Below are positions 36,253 through 46,790 of a DNA stretch of 64,000 bases, one piece after another; position 1 is the stretch's first letter, and every line of letters starts with the position of its first letter. The stretch is from Parasphingorhabdus sp. (GTDB lineage: Bacteria; Pseudomonadota; Alphaproteobacteria; Sphingomonadales; Sphingomonadaceae): the NCBI RefSeq assembly GCF_039968395.1, contig NZ_JBDVPV010000001.1, forward strand, positions 522,327-586,326, written 5' to 3'. The notes under the pieces are model-generated. The model worked only from the letters and a program-made list of their open reading frames with translations. It searched no databases and was not told the origin of the DNA. A program made the translations under genes and the position numbers.

Positions 36253-38412
36253 TCAGTGTGCATTGGCTGCGAATTCCGATTGTGTGACAAGATCTGTCAA
36301 TGTCCCGACAGTCAATATTTGTGGCAGGATCACAGGATCCTTGCCCGGTGCATAATAAAGATAGAGCGGAACACCGGCGCGGCCGTGTTTTTCAAGAAAT
36401 TTGCTGATCGCCGGATCGGGGCGTGTCCAGTCACCCATCAACACAGCCACATTGGCAGCGGCAAAGGCATCGGCAGTTTCCTGACGCTGGACCGCAGCCG
36501 CTTCATTGGCTTTGCAAGTGATGCACCAGTCGGCCGTGAAATAGGCAAATACCGGTTGCCCGGCCGCCCGCAATTCGCTGAGCCGGGCTTCGGCAAATGG
36601 CTCGCTGGGAAGAGTTGCAGAAGAGGCGGTGGCAACTTTCTGGCTGTCCATGGCTTCTTCTCCAGGGAGAGCCCAGACACCAGCCAGCACTGCAACAACA
36701 AGCGCCGCTGTCGTAACTGCACCGCGGGAGAGTCCCTTCAGCTGACCGCCACCAAACCACCACAATGTGATCGTCACAATGAGCAGGAACACGAGGGACA
36801 GACCAAGGGCATCGGTTCCAATCTGGCGGCCCAATAGCCAGATCAGACCAATACCGGTCAGGAACATCGGGATGGCCATGATTTTGCGGAAACTGTCGAG
36901 CCAGGCGCCGGGCTTGGGCAACCGGTTACGAATGGCCGGTACAAACGCAATGAGCAGGAACGGCAGGGCGAGGCCAACTCCCAGTCCGGCAAAGATTATC
37001 AGCGCAGCAATCGGAGGAAGGACGATGGTTGCACCCAATGCTGCCGCCATGAACGGCCCGGTGCATGGGGTCGCCACAAAGGCTGCGAGAGCGCCCGTCC
37101 AGAACGATCCCGACGCTCCATCTTTTTGCGTCAGCTTGTTCCCGAAATTGAGATTGGGCAGTTCGAAAAGGCCCGCGAGATTGAATCCGATCGCGGTTAC
37201 CAATGCGAGCAAGACGAATATTATTCGCGGATCCTGCAGTTGAAATGCCCAACCCACTGCAGCTCCGCTGGCGCGCAATGCCAAAAGTAATCCGCCCAGA
37301 GCGGTCGCAACAACGATCACGCCAGCTGTGTAAGCAAGCGCATCCCGCCGTACGACAGTTTCATCCCCGCCCGCCTTGGCCAGGCTGATCGCCTTCAGAC
37401 TCAGAATGGGGAAAACGCAAGGCATGAGATTCAACAGGAGCCCGCCGACAATCGCGCCGCCCAATGCAACCAAGAGCAAGTTGGCTTGTGACTGGCCACC
37501 ACCGGAGCCGCCATCACTATTGCTCAATGCAATGCCGGTCATGGCAACGTCGCCGCTGGTAGCTTTCAACGAAAATCCCATGTTCGAGCCGATTTTCAGA
37601 ACACCGCTTATCGTATCCAGAGCATCGCCGCGGGCACCGGTCTCGATGATCAAGCGGTCGCCATCCCGATTGACCGTCTGGGGCGCGGCATAATCAACAA
37701 CGCCATCTTCCTTGATAAAGAAATATGGCTTGGAGACGGCGACATCAGCAGGGAACGGAACCGAAAGGCGGAACATGTCATTCTCGACATCAAAGGTCGC
37801 CTGGCTTCCGAGCTGGCGGGGCAGGGCTTCGCGATAGGCGTTAAACGCATTGTTCAGCGATACGGCAGCATCGGGTCCAACGACTTCCAGATTGATTGAC
37901 AGCTCATCCTGCTCCGGCACACAGATCTCATCGGTACAGGCCAGCCATTCGGATTTCACCGATATCGGAAGAAGACCGGGTTGAACCTTTTCCGACACCA
38001 CCAGATTGACAAGGACGGCATAGTCACCCTTGTAAATGTAGTTCATGATCCCCGAGATCAGCAATGTATCCGGAACCGGATAGCGGGCTTTGCCTGCGGT
38101 CACGCCATCCGGCAGCTTCCAGTCAAAACTCATTCCGATGCCGGCATCTCCGGGATTTTCCCAATAGCCGTGCCATGTGGGCTTGGGTGTCATGACAAAG
38201 GCGAGGGTGACGCTTTGACCCGCTTGCACCTGCTGCGATTCGGCCACCAATGTCGCCGGTACATTCAGTTCCTTGCTGCCCAGAACATTTTGTGCGCGCG
38301 CCGGACTGACGCTGAGAACAAACGAAAACAGCAATGCCATTGCCACAGTCTGCAGTGTAGTCACCAGGTTTTGCCTGCGATGTTTATGTCCCGACAGAAA
38401 CATGTTTTTCAT
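36253..38412 (-). CDS. DsbD-family protein-disulfide reductase (N-terminal DsbD-alpha-like domain, TM core, C-terminal thioredoxin domain)
   Basis: The 719-aa product has TM cysteines in CVFPILSLK and ATPCTGPF, and a C-terminal WCITCK. Confidence 0.85.
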   Translation of the reverse strand: MKNMFLSGHKHRRQNLVTTLQTVAMALLFSFVLSVSPARAQNVLGSKELNVPATLVAESQQVQAGQSVTLAFVMTPKPTWHGYWENPGDAGIGMSFDWKLPDGVTAGKARYPVPDTLLISGIMNYIYKGDYAVLVNLVVSEKVQPGLLPISVKSEWLACTDEICVPEQDELSINLEVVGPDAAVSLNNAFNAYREALPRQLGSQATFDVENDMFRLSVPFPADVAVSKPYFFIKEDGVVDYAAPQTVNRDGDRLIIETGARGDALDTISGVLKIGSNMGFSLKATSGDVAMTGIALSNSDGGSGGGQSQANLLLVALGGAIVGGLLLNLMPCVFPILSLKAISLAKAGGDETVVRRDALAYTAGVIVVATALGGLLLALRASGAAVGWAFQLQDPRIIFVLLALVTAIGFNLAGLFELPNLNFGNKLTQKDGASGSFWTGALAAFVATPCTGPFMAAALGATIVLPPIAALIIFAGLGVGLALPFLLIAFVPAIRNRLPKPGAWLDSFRKIMAIPMFLTGIGLIWLLGRQIGTDALGLSLVFLLIVTITLWWFGGGQLKGLSRGAVTTAALVVAVLAGVWALPGEEAMDSQKVATASSATLPSEPFAEARLSELRAAGQPVFAYFTADWCITCKANEAAAVQRQETADAFAAANVAVLMGDWTRPDPAISKFLEKHGRAGVPLYLYYAPGKDPVILPQILTVGTLTDLVTQSEFAANAH

Positions 38413-38497
38413 GAAAACTCACCATTTCGCTTTTCGTGTCATTTAAGCTATCAGCGGCGCTCTTGCCATAGCTGCTTTTGATCATGGGGAATTATTC

Positions 38498-40177
38498 GTG
38501 CGCCTAGCCAGATTTGTTACAGCCTTTGCCGGTCTTATTGCAATATCCGGTAACGCCAGTGCCGAGCATCACAATCCGGATACACCGGCAGCACCAAAAC
38601 TTGTGGTCGCAATCTCGGTTGACCAGTTTTCGGCGGACTTGTTCAGCGAATATCGCAGCACTTTTACTGGTGGATTGAAGCGCCTTTCGGATGGAGCCGT
38701 TTTCCCGTCCGGTTATCAATCACATGCTGCGACGGAAACCTGTCCTGGCCATGCCACGATCATGACAGGAACCCACCCCGGACGCGCCGGTATTATCGCC
38801 AATAACTGGATCGATCTGTCTGTAAAACGTGACGATAAAACCATCTACTGTGCCGAGGACGAGCGCATTGAAGGCACAAGTTTTGGAAGTATCACGGCTG
38901 CAACCCAGGGAGATTACGTGGCCTCGCCCTGGCATCTGCTGGTCCCCACGCTGGGCGAACGGCTCAAGCAGATATCGCCCAAATCGCGCAATGTTGCCGT
39001 GTCGGGCAAGGATCGCGCAGCATTGATGATGGGAGGCGCAGATGTTGACGCGATTTACTGGTGGAAAGGCAGAGGCTTTACGACGCTGAAGGGCCAAACT
39101 GTTGCCCCCGCGATTGGAACACTGAACGCTGCCATCGGTGAAGCGATAGACAAGGCGCGGGCACCTTATGCTGTTCCGCAGCATTGTGAGGCGCGGAATC
39201 AGAAGATTTCCATCAATAAAAACCAGTCGGTCGGCACCTATGCGTTTCAGCGGCCGCAAGGCGCAGGGCGGATTTTTCGGGGGTCTCCCGGGTTTGACAA
39301 AGCCACGATCGATGCAGGTCTGGCTTTGGTGCGGTCGATGAAACTGGGGCAAGCAGAAGCCACGGACATACTCTCGCTGGGATTGTCAGCGACGGACTAT
39401 ATTGGACACGCCTTCGGCACAGGTGGTCTTGAAATGTGTATTCAAATGTCCGAACTCGACCGCAACCTGGGTATGTTGTTCAAGACACTGGATGAGCAGG
39501 GCATTGACTATGCCGTCATGCTGACGGCTGACCATGGCGGACATGATTTGCCGGAACGTTTGCAGATGCAGGGCGTTCCTGATGCCGAACGGATCGACCC
39601 CAATCTCAATGCCGGGTTTGTCGGAAAACAGGTAAAGGACATTATCGGCGACACCTCGGGCGCGCAGGTTCTTTTCGCGGACAGCCCGTTTGGCGATTAT
39701 TATGTCAGCCTGGATCTGCCGGATGAAAAGCGGGCAGAAGTGAAGAAGGTCGCCATGACCATGTTCTCCGCCCATCCACAAGTCGAAGCGGTATTTGATC
39801 ATGAAGATCTTGCAAAGGCACCCACGCCCGCCGGCCCCGTTGAAGAGTGGACGATGGCCGAACGCACCCGCGCTTCATTTCATCCTGATCGCTCAGGTGA
39901 TTTTATCGTGCTGTTGAAAAAGGCGGTCACTCCGATTGCGAAGACCGGCATGGGTTATGTTGCAACCCACGGTAGCCCGTGGGATTATGATCGGCGGGTG
40001 CCGATTTTATTCTGGCGCGCGGGCATAGGACACTTCGAGCAGCCGCTATCCGTCCGAACAATAGACATCGCGCCGACTCTGGCAGCCATGATTGGGTTCA
40101 ACATTCCGGATGACGAGATTGACGGCATCTGTCTTGATATTGATGGCAGCGCCAGAAACAGCTGCCACCGCCAATGA
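38498..40177 (+). CDS. Nucleotide pyrophosphatase/phosphodiesterase-family alkaline phosphatase (PhoK/SPAP-like)
   Basis: The GTG start is followed by a signal peptide. The catalytic region ATETCPGHATIMTG carries a Thr nucleophile, as in the Sphingomonas PhoK type. Confidence 0.75.
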   Translation: MRLARFVTAFAGLIAISGNASAEHHNPDTPAAPKLVVAISVDQFSADLFSEYRSTFTGGLKRLSDGAVFPSGYQSHAATETCPGHATIMTGTHPGRAGIIANNWIDLSVKRDDKTIYCAEDERIEGTSFGSITAATQGDYVASPWHLLVPTLGERLKQISPKSRNVAVSGKDRAALMMGGADVDAIYWWKGRGFTTLKGQTVAPAIGTLNAAIGEAIDKARAPYAVPQHCEARNQKISINKNQSVGTYAFQRPQGAGRIFRGSPGFDKATIDAGLALVRSMKLGQAEATDILSLGLSATDYIGHAFGTGGLEMCIQMSELDRNLGMLFKTLDEQGIDYAVMLTADHGGHDLPERLQMQGVPDAERIDPNLNAGFVGKQVKDIIGDTSGAQVLFADSPFGDYYVSLDLPDEKRAEVKKVAMTMFSAHPQVEAVFDHEDLAKAPTPAGPVEEWTMAERTRASFHPDRSGDFIVLLKKAVTPIAKTGMGYVATHGSPWDYDRRVPILFWRAGIGHFEQPLSVRTIDIAPTLAAMIGFNIPDDEIDGICLDIDGSARNSCHRQ

Positions 40178-40186
40178 CGCTTCGTA

Positions 40187-41134
40187 TTATCGTCGTTCGT
40201 ATCGCGTAAGCCCGCGGCCCAGAGTGTTGTTGGCAATGCGCAGTTGATCGCCGCTCCAGTCCGCCACAAACCAGGTATTGCGGTTTACACCCCTCGCCAG
40301 CGCGGCATTGTTGGAGTGAATGTTGAGGCCCGCTGAACTGTGTTCCCGACCTTCGGCAGCCACGGCCACGAACGCACTGTAATTTTCCTTGTCCTGCCCC
40401 TGAACAAAAATATTGTTGGTGATAGTCCCGGTGGCACCGGCTGGAAGGTCGATCATGTAATTGGTCCCGCGTCCCTGCGTATCATCAAAGCTGCTTCCGG
40501 TTACAGAAATACGCCCGGACCGGCTTTTGACATAATGTCCGCCATTGCCCTTTTCGAAGCGAGAATTGGTCACGGTCAACGAACCGAAATCACCAATATA
40601 GATGCTGTGCGCGCAGGAAAGCCCGCGATCACATCGCCCCAGACGCTGGAACGTCGATCGGGTGATTACAATTTCGGCGCTCGGATCATCGGCACTGAGA
40701 ATGCCCTGTTCGGCATTACGAAACAGCGCATTGTTGATGTAAAGGTCACCTCTTTCGATCCGGATACCTGCACCGTTGCCATCGGGGACACGCTGATTCT
40801 GGAAAACGATGCCGTCGATGGACGCGGCTTTTCCGCGCAACACCAGACTTGCCTTGCCTTCGCAAATACCGCCGTCAAACACGGACTGTCCCGCGATCGC
40901 AGCCTTGTAGGTAATGCGCCCGGCATCCTGTACGGCACAATCACCATAGGTGCCCGGTGCGATGACGATCGTCGCGTTGTTTCCGCCCACAGCTTCAACC
41001 GCATCGGCCAGACGTGAATAGCCCTGACCGGTTTCAGCCACGGTGAAAGGTGCTTCTCCGCCTTGTGCCAGTGCTGATCCGGCAATCGCCAGCGACAATG
41101 CGGCAGCGGAGGTAATATAGACAGGCAATCTCAT
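40187..41134 (-). CDS. Right-handed parallel beta-helix repeat protein, secreted
   Basis: The product has a signal peptide (MRLPVYITSAAALSLAIAGSALA). It also has the repetitive Gly/Asn/Ile-rich turns typical of pectate-lyase-fold proteins. Confidence 0.65.
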   Translation of the reverse strand: MRLPVYITSAAALSLAIAGSALAQGGEAPFTVAETGQGYSRLADAVEAVGGNNATIVIAPGTYGDCAVQDAGRITYKAAIAGQSVFDGGICEGKASLVLRGKAASIDGIVFQNQRVPDGNGAGIRIERGDLYINNALFRNAEQGILSADDPSAEIVITRSTFQRLGRCDRGLSCAHSIYIGDFGSLTVTNSRFEKGNGGHYVKSRSGRISVTGSSFDDTQGRGTNYMIDLPAGATGTITNNIFVQGQDKENYSAFVAVAAEGREHSSAGLNIHSNNAALARGVNRNTWFVADWSGDQLRIANNTLGRGLTRYERR

Positions 41135-41428
41135 GAAATGCAGGCTCCTTGGAGGACATGTATCTTGATCTATCGGCCCTAGTGATGGTTCAACATCAGT
41201 ACAATGCGGCTATCCTAGTTGTCCCAAATGAATCCAAGCTGATCGAAAGAGGTTAAATATCACCTTATCCGCAGTGGAATTGCGCATGTGACTGATTGGT
41301 GTGAGGTAGCTGTCTCGATATGAGACGATCTAAAGGTACGAGACTCGCAATTGCGTTAGGAATTTGTTAAGATATTTCCACGGGTCGCATTGTTAGCGAG
41401 TTTTTTGCTCGCAAAAGGAAGAATGACA

Positions 41429-42064
41429 ATGCAAAATTTTCTTAAAACTACCGCAGTGATTGCTGCTCTGGCGACCGCCGGAACCGCAAATGCCGCTATC
41501 GTGATGGGGGAACTCACCGGTGGTACAGCTGCAGCTAATGGCGGTGTTTTTCAACAACTTACGCCAGCAGCTGGTTTCGCAGTCGGCGATAATAATCAAC
41601 AGTCAAATGACCTGTTTGCTTTTGACGAAGCACAGGGCGTGGCACTGGCAGCTGACGTTGGAGGATTGACCGCCGGCACGGTCGTCTACAGCCACTATGT
41701 CGCGTTTGACCCCGGTCCGAGTCGCACCGGCGTCGGCTATGTCGACTTTGATGGTGACATTCTCGCCGTTCTGGATGCCAAAGCAGATATGGATCTGACA
41801 GACGCATTGCTTGGCAATCCCAATGTCAACTATATCAGTGTTGCTCTTCGCGGCCTCGAAAGCGCGGATAGCTTCAATGTTGTCGGCAATCGACTGAATA
41901 TCGATTTCCGTGCTTCTGATCCAGGTGACTATGTGCGCGTTTTGACCGCCGCTCCGGCTGTTCCTGAACCAGCTACATGGGCAATGATGATTGGCGGCTT
42001 TGGATTGGTCGGAGGCGCAATGCGTCGCCGCCGCAACGTAATGACGAAAGTCAGTTACGCCTAA
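41429..42064 (+). CDS. PEPxxWA-CTERM sorting-domain protein
   Basis: The product has a signal peptide and the C-terminal sequence VPEPATWAMMIGGFGLVGGAMRRRR. An AAGGAAG RBS lies 7 nt upstream of ATG 41429. Confidence 0.8.
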   Translation: MQNFLKTTAVIAALATAGTANAAIVMGELTGGTAAANGGVFQQLTPAAGFAVGDNNQQSNDLFAFDEAQGVALAADVGGLTAGTVVYSHYVAFDPGPSRTGVGYVDFDGDILAVLDAKADMDLTDALLGNPNVNYISVALRGLESADSFNVVGNRLNIDFRASDPGDYVRVLTAAPAVPEPATWAMMIGGFGLVGGAMRRRRNVMTKVSYA

Positions 42065-42087
42065 GCCGTTTCATTTGGCAAATTGAT

Positions 42088-42119
42088 AAAAGCCGGTCTC
42101 GAAAGAGGCCGGCTTTATT
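42088..42119. terminator. Bidirectional Rho-independent terminator (PEP-CTERM gene / metH)
   Basis: AAAGCCGGTCTC-GAAA-GAGGCCGGCTTTATT. The structure overlaps the metH stop codon. Confidence 0.7.
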
Positions 42120-44733
42120 CGTTGAGATTGGGGCGCAGCCATTGCCGTGCGCGGTCAAGCGGCACGTCGCGGCGTGCAGCATAATCCTCGACCTGGTCTT
42201 CGCTTATTCTGGCGACCCCGAAATAGTCGGCATCCGGGTGCGCAAAGTAAAATCCCGAAACAGCGGCCGTCGGAGTCATGGCAAAACTGCTGGTCAGTTC
42301 GATGCCGGTATGGGCCGTGGCATCGAGCATATCAAACAATAGCGGTTTCAGGCTGTGATCGGGGCAAGCGGGATAGCCGGGGGCAGGTCGAATGCCCTGA
42401 TATTGTTCCTGGATCAGGGCCTTGTTGGTGAGATTCTCATCCGGTGCATATCCCCAAAGATCTGTCCGCACATGTTCATGCATGCGCTCGGCAAAAGCTT
42501 CGGCCAGACGGTCAGCGAGAGCTTTGAGCAGAATACTGTTATAGTCGTCCTTATCGGCCTCAAACCGGGCAACATGCGCATCTATGCCGTGGCCTGCGGT
42601 CACTGCAAAGCCGCCAATCCAGTCATCTGATGTGTCGATATTGTCAGCCAGGCAGTTATTGGTTTTCCCGCCGCGCTTCATCACCTGTTGCCGGAGCATC
42701 GGCAGGGTGACTTCGTCATTTTCCGGGGATACCAGGATGTCATCCCCATCCCTGCGCGCGCGCCACAAACCTGCAACTCCTTTTGCGGTCAACCATTTTT
42801 CTGCAATGATCTGGTCGAGCATTACCTGTGCATCCCGGAACAGATCGCTTGCGCTTTCACCCACAACATCGTCGGTCAGAATGGCGGGATATGTGCCTGC
42901 AAGCTCCCAGGCGCGAAAGAATGGGGTCCAGTCAATATAGGCGCGGAGATCTTCCAGATCCCAGTCTTCATAGACATGCAGCCCCGGCTTTTGCGGGGCT
43001 GGCGGTTTTTTACCCATGTCCAGCGTGGCCGCGTTTGCACGTGCTTCGTCCAGCGTCGCCAGCTTCTTGGCAGTTTTTCCGGCGCGCGCGATCCGCACCT
43101 GTTCATAATCCTCCCGGGTGGACGCAATAAATCCGTCGGCCTGGGTATCGCTGACCAGCTGTGATGCCACGCCGACGGCACGGCTTGCGTCGAGGACATA
43201 GACGGTCGGTCCGGCATAGGCCGGTTCGATCCGCAAGGCGGTATGGGTTTTGGATGTCGTTGCGCCGCCGATCAGCAAAGGCGTTTTCATGTTCGCCCGC
43301 TCCATCTCTTCGGCCACCGTGACCATTTCATCCAGCGATGGCGTGATCAATCCGGAAAGGCCTATTATGTCAGCGTCATTTTCATTGGCCGCTTTCAATA
43401 TGTCCGTCCACGGCACCATCACGCCGAGATCGACAACTTCAAAGCCGTTGCACTGCAGGACCACGCCGACGATATTCTTGCCGATATCGTGCACATCGCC
43501 CTTGACCGTGGCCATGATAATCTTGCCTTTGCCCTTGGCGCCTTCTTCCTTTTCCGCTTCGATATAGGGGAAGAGATGGGCCACAGCCTTTTTCATGACG
43601 CGTGCGGATTTGACGACTTGGGGCAGGAACATCTTGCCGGAGCCGAACAGATCACCAACGACATTCATGCCGTCCATCAGCGGGCCTTCGATAACTTCGA
43701 TCGGACGCCCGCTTCGGTCTTTGACGGCCAGGCGCGCTTCTTCGGTATCCTCGATAATATGGGCATCAATCCCTTTGACAAGCGCATGTTCGAGACGCTT
43801 GGTGACTTCATAGCTGCGCCATTCTGCTGCCGCTTTTTCTGCTGCCTTGTCGGTGCCCCGGAATTTCTCGGCCAAGGTAATCAACCGGTCCGTGGCATCG
43901 TCCCGCCGATCGAGCACAACATCTTCACAATGTTCGCGCAATTCGGGATCAATATCGTCATAAATGTCGAGCTGGCCGGCATTGACGATGGCCATGTCCA
44001 TCCCAGCCGGGATCGCGTGGTAAAGAAACACGCTGTGCATCGCCCGGCGGACGGGCTCATTGCCGCGAAAACTGAATGACAGGTTGGACAGACCACCCGA
44101 TATGTGAACATGCGGGCAGCGCTGTTTTATCTCCGCAGTGGCTTCGATAAAATCGAGCCCATAGCGCCGGTGCTCGTCAATGCCTGTCGCTACAGCAAAG
44201 ACATTGGGATCAAAGATAATATCTTCGGGCGGAAAACCGATACCGGTAAGCAGCTTGTATGCCCGTTCGCAAATCTCGACTTTGCGGTCTTTCGTATCGG
44301 CCTGACCTGTTTCGTCAAAAGCCATGACGACAATGGCCGCGCCATAAGCCATACACTTGCGGGCGTGGCTGAGAAATTCCTCTTCGCCTTCCTTCATCGA
44401 AATCGAGTTGACGATGGGCTTGCCGGATACGCATTTCAGCCCGGCCTCGATGACAGACCATTTTGAGCTGTCGATCATCACCGGTACGCGGGCGATATCG
44501 GGCTCGGCAGAAATCAGCTTGAGAAAGGTCGTCATCGCCATTTCGGCGTCGAGCAAACCTTCATCCATATTCACATCGATTATCTGCGCCCCGTTTTCGA
44601 CTTGTTGCCGGGCGACTTCAACTGCGGCTTCATAGTCATCATTGAGAATGAGCTTCTTGAAACGTGCCGAGCCGGTCACATTGGTGCGTTCGCCGATATT
44701 GACGAAATTGGTGGAAGAGAAAGTAGTGGTCAT
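42115..44733 (-). CDS. metH: Methionine synthase, C-terminal polypeptide (pterin-binding, B12-binding and AdoMet-activation domains)
   Basis: The 872-aa product starts [39 protein letters not shown]. It has a DxHxxG motif ([10 protein letters not shown]) and a C-terminal reactivation domain. Confidence 0.95.
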   Translation of the reverse strand: MTTTFSSTNFVNIGERTNVTGSARFKKLILNDDYEAAVEVARQQVENGAQIIDVNMDEGLLDAEMAMTTFLKLISAEPDIARVPVMIDSSKWSVIEAGLKCVSGKPIVNSISMKEGEEEFLSHARKCMAYGAAIVVMAFDETGQADTKDRKVEICERAYKLLTGIGFPPEDIIFDPNVFAVATGIDEHRRYGLDFIEATAEIKQRCPHVHISGGLSNLSFSFRGNEPVRRAMHSVFLYHAIPAGMDMAIVNAGQLDIYDDIDPELREHCEDVVLDRRDDATDRLITLAEKFRGTDKAAEKAAAEWRSYEVTKRLEHALVKGIDAHIIEDTEEARLAVKDRSGRPIEVIEGPLMDGMNVVGDLFGSGKMFLPQVVKSARVMKKAVAHLFPYIEAEKEEGAKGKGKIIMATVKGDVHDIGKNIVGVVLQCNGFEVVDLGVMVPWTDILKAANENDADIIGLSGLITPSLDEMVTVAEEMERANMKTPLLIGGATTSKTHTALRIEPAYAGPTVYVLDASRAVGVASQLVSDTQADGFIASTREDYEQVRIARAGKTAKKLATLDEARANAATLDMGKKPPAPQKPGLHVYEDWDLEDLRAYIDWTPFFRAWELAGTYPAILTDDVVGESASDLFRDAQVMLDQIIAEKWLTAKGVAGLWRARRDGDDILVSPENDEVTLPMLRQQVMKRGGKTNNCLADNIDTSDDWIGGFAVTAGHGIDAHVARFEADKDDYNSILLKALADRLAEAFAERMHEHVRTDLWGYAPDENLTNKALIQEQYQGIRPAPGYPACPDHSLKPLLFDMLDATAHTGIELTSSFAMTPTAAVSGFYFAHPDADYFGVARISEDQVEDYAARRDVPLDRARQWLRPNLNE

Positions 44734-44787
44734 TTTTATGATAACTCGTCACGCTGAACCGGTTTCAGAATCTTGTGCGGATGGCGG

Positions 44788-45837
44788 CTAGGCGGCCATT
44801 GTGAAGGGCTCCAGTCCGGCAAGCCGGGTGTGCACGGGGGGCTTGGGCAGGGATCGCGGACGGGCTTCACCCACAGCCTTTGCAATGGCACCGATATGTT
44901 CCGGCGTGGTTCCGCAACATCCACCAACAATATTGACCAGCCGGTCATCCAGCCATTCCGAAATCAGCGCAGCAGTCTCTTCTGGCATTTCGTCATATTC
45001 GCCCAGTTCATTAGGCAGGCCGGCATTGGGATAAGCCATGATCAGCGTATCCGCTTCCTTGGCGAGCATCGCGAGATGCGGGCGAAGCTGGTCCGCGCCA
45101 AAGGAACAATTGAGACCGATGGTTATGGGTTTGAGGTGCCGGACAGCATGCCAGAACGCTTCGACCGTATGGCCTGACAGGTTGCGGCCCGACAGATCCG
45201 TGAGGGTCATTGATATCATCAGCGGGACATCGCGGTCACAGGCATCGGCTGCTTCCTGGGCTGCCATGCCTGCGCATTTGGCATTTAACGTGTCGAAGAT
45301 GGTCTCGATCAACAGAAAATCGACCCCGCCTTCAATCAGCGCATCGCATTGCTCGCGATAGACACGTTTCAGATAATCATAGTCAATCTCCCGAAAACCG
45401 GGGTCATTGACGTCTGGGGAAAGGGACAGGGTTTTGTTGGTCGGACCTATGGCGCCTGCCACGAACCGGGGGCGACCATCCTTTGCTTCTGCCTTGTCAC
45501 AGGCCGCGCGGGCAATCTCGGCTGACTTGACGTTCAAATCCCGAACGAGATGTTCACATCCATAATCAGCCTGACTGATTTCCGTCGAACTGAACGTATT
45601 GGTTTCAACAATATCTGCACCCGCGTCCAGATAGGCAGTGTGGATGGATTCAATAATATCGGGCCGGGTCAGGCTGAGCAGATCGTTATTGCCTTTCTGG
45701 TCATCCTTCAGTTCCAGATTGCCGCGATAGTCCCGTTCGCCGAGGCCATGGTTCTGGATCGCCGTGCCATAACCACCATCAAATACCAGGACCCGTTCGG
45801 CTGCTATTGAGCGAAGCCTTTCTGCTGGACCGCTCAT
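44788..45837 (-). CDS. metH: Methionine synthase, N-terminal polypeptide (homocysteine S-methyltransferase domain)
   Basis: The start MSGPAERL at 45837 overlaps the metF stop (ATGA). The Hcy-binding zinc motif GGCCGTTPEHI is present. Confidence 0.9.
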   Translation of the reverse strand: MSGPAERLRSIAAERVLVFDGGYGTAIQNHGLGERDYRGNLELKDDQKGNNDLLSLTRPDIIESIHTAYLDAGADIVETNTFSSTEISQADYGCEHLVRDLNVKSAEIARAACDKAEAKDGRPRFVAGAIGPTNKTLSLSPDVNDPGFREIDYDYLKRVYREQCDALIEGGVDFLLIETIFDTLNAKCAGMAAQEAADACDRDVPLMISMTLTDLSGRNLSGHTVEAFWHAVRHLKPITIGLNCSFGADQLRPHLAMLAKEADTLIMAYPNAGLPNELGEYDEMPEETAALISEWLDDRLVNIVGGCCGTTPEHIGAIAKAVGEARPRSLPKPPVHTRLAGLEPFTMAA

Positions 45838-46790
45838 GCTGCTTTCTCCTGGCGCGATCCGACAGGTCGCTTGCCCAGCAGGTGACAGATGGCGTAGCTC
45901 AATTCTGCGCGGTTCAATGTATAGAAATGAAACTGACGTACGCCGCCCGCATATAATTTCCGGCACAGTTCAGCCGCAACAGTTGCCGCAATAAGCTGAC
46001 GCGCCGCCGGGTGATCATCCAGACCTTCGAACAGATCATTCATCCATGCCGGAATCTCGGCTCCGCACATGCCCGCAAATTTTCTGGTCTGTGCGACATT
46101 GGATACCGGCAAGATACCGGGTACGAGTTCCGCATCAATACCCGCTTTCAGGGCAGCATCCTGAAACTTGAAAAATGCCTCCGCGGTAAAGAAAAACTGG
46201 GTAATGGCGCGGCTGGCGCCTGCATCAAGCTTGCGCTTCAAATTGTCGAGATCTGTCTGTGGACAATCCGCATCCGGATGGGTCTCGGGATAGGCTGCAA
46301 CCGAAATCTCAAATGGGGCAATCGCCTTTAGCCCCGCCACAAGTTCTGCCGCACTGGCATAACCTTCGGGATGCGGCACAAATACCTGTCCCTCGGCGGG
46401 CGGGTCCCCGCGCAGTGCTACAATGTGCCGGATACCGGCTTCCCAATAGGCTTCTGCAACTTCCGCGATTTCAGCCTTGCTGGCGTCGACACAAGTCAAA
46501 TGCGCCGCTGCCGGAATATTGGTTTCACTGGCGATACGCGCCACGGTTGCGTGCGTCCGCTCGCGGGTTGATCCGCCAGCTCCGTAGGTCACCGATACAA
46601 AACGGGGATTGAGGGGTTCCAGGGTAATGACACTGTCCCAAAGCGTCTTTTCCATTTTCTCGGATTTGGGCGGGAAAAACTCGAACGACACATCGGCATC
46701 ACCGTTCAGACCGGCAAATAGCGGCACATCAAGAGCACGCTTTGCTTCTTCAAGCTGGCTGAGGCCAATTGGCCCTTTTTGATTTGTCAT
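45834..46790 (-). CDS. metF: Methylenetetrahydrofolate reductase
   Basis: The 318-aa product contains FEFFPPK...VSVTYGAGGSTR...HLTC. Confidence 0.9.
   Translation of the reverse strand: MTNQKGPIGLSQLEEAKRALDVPLFAGLNGDADVSFEFFPPKSEKMEKTLWDSVITLEPLNPRFVSVTYGAGGSTRERTHATVARIASETNIPAAAHLTCVDASKAEIAEVAEAYWEAGIRHIVALRGDPPAEGQVFVPHPEGYASAAELVAGLKAIAPFEISVAAYPETHPDADCPQTDLDNLKRKLDAGASRAITQFFFTAEAFFKFQDAALKAGIDAELVPGILPVSNVAQTRKFAGMCGAEIPAWMNDLFEGLDDHPAARQLIAATVAAELCRKLYAGGVRQFHFYTLNRAELSYAICHLLGKRPVGSRQEKAA

Noticed and set aside
38436-38454. A Pho-box-like sequence, GTGTCAT-N5-CTATCAG, upstream of the PhoK-like phosphatase.
   Set aside because: The repeat spacing is 12 bp rather than 11, and the second repeat matches only 5 of 7 positions. 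This is too weak to report as a site.
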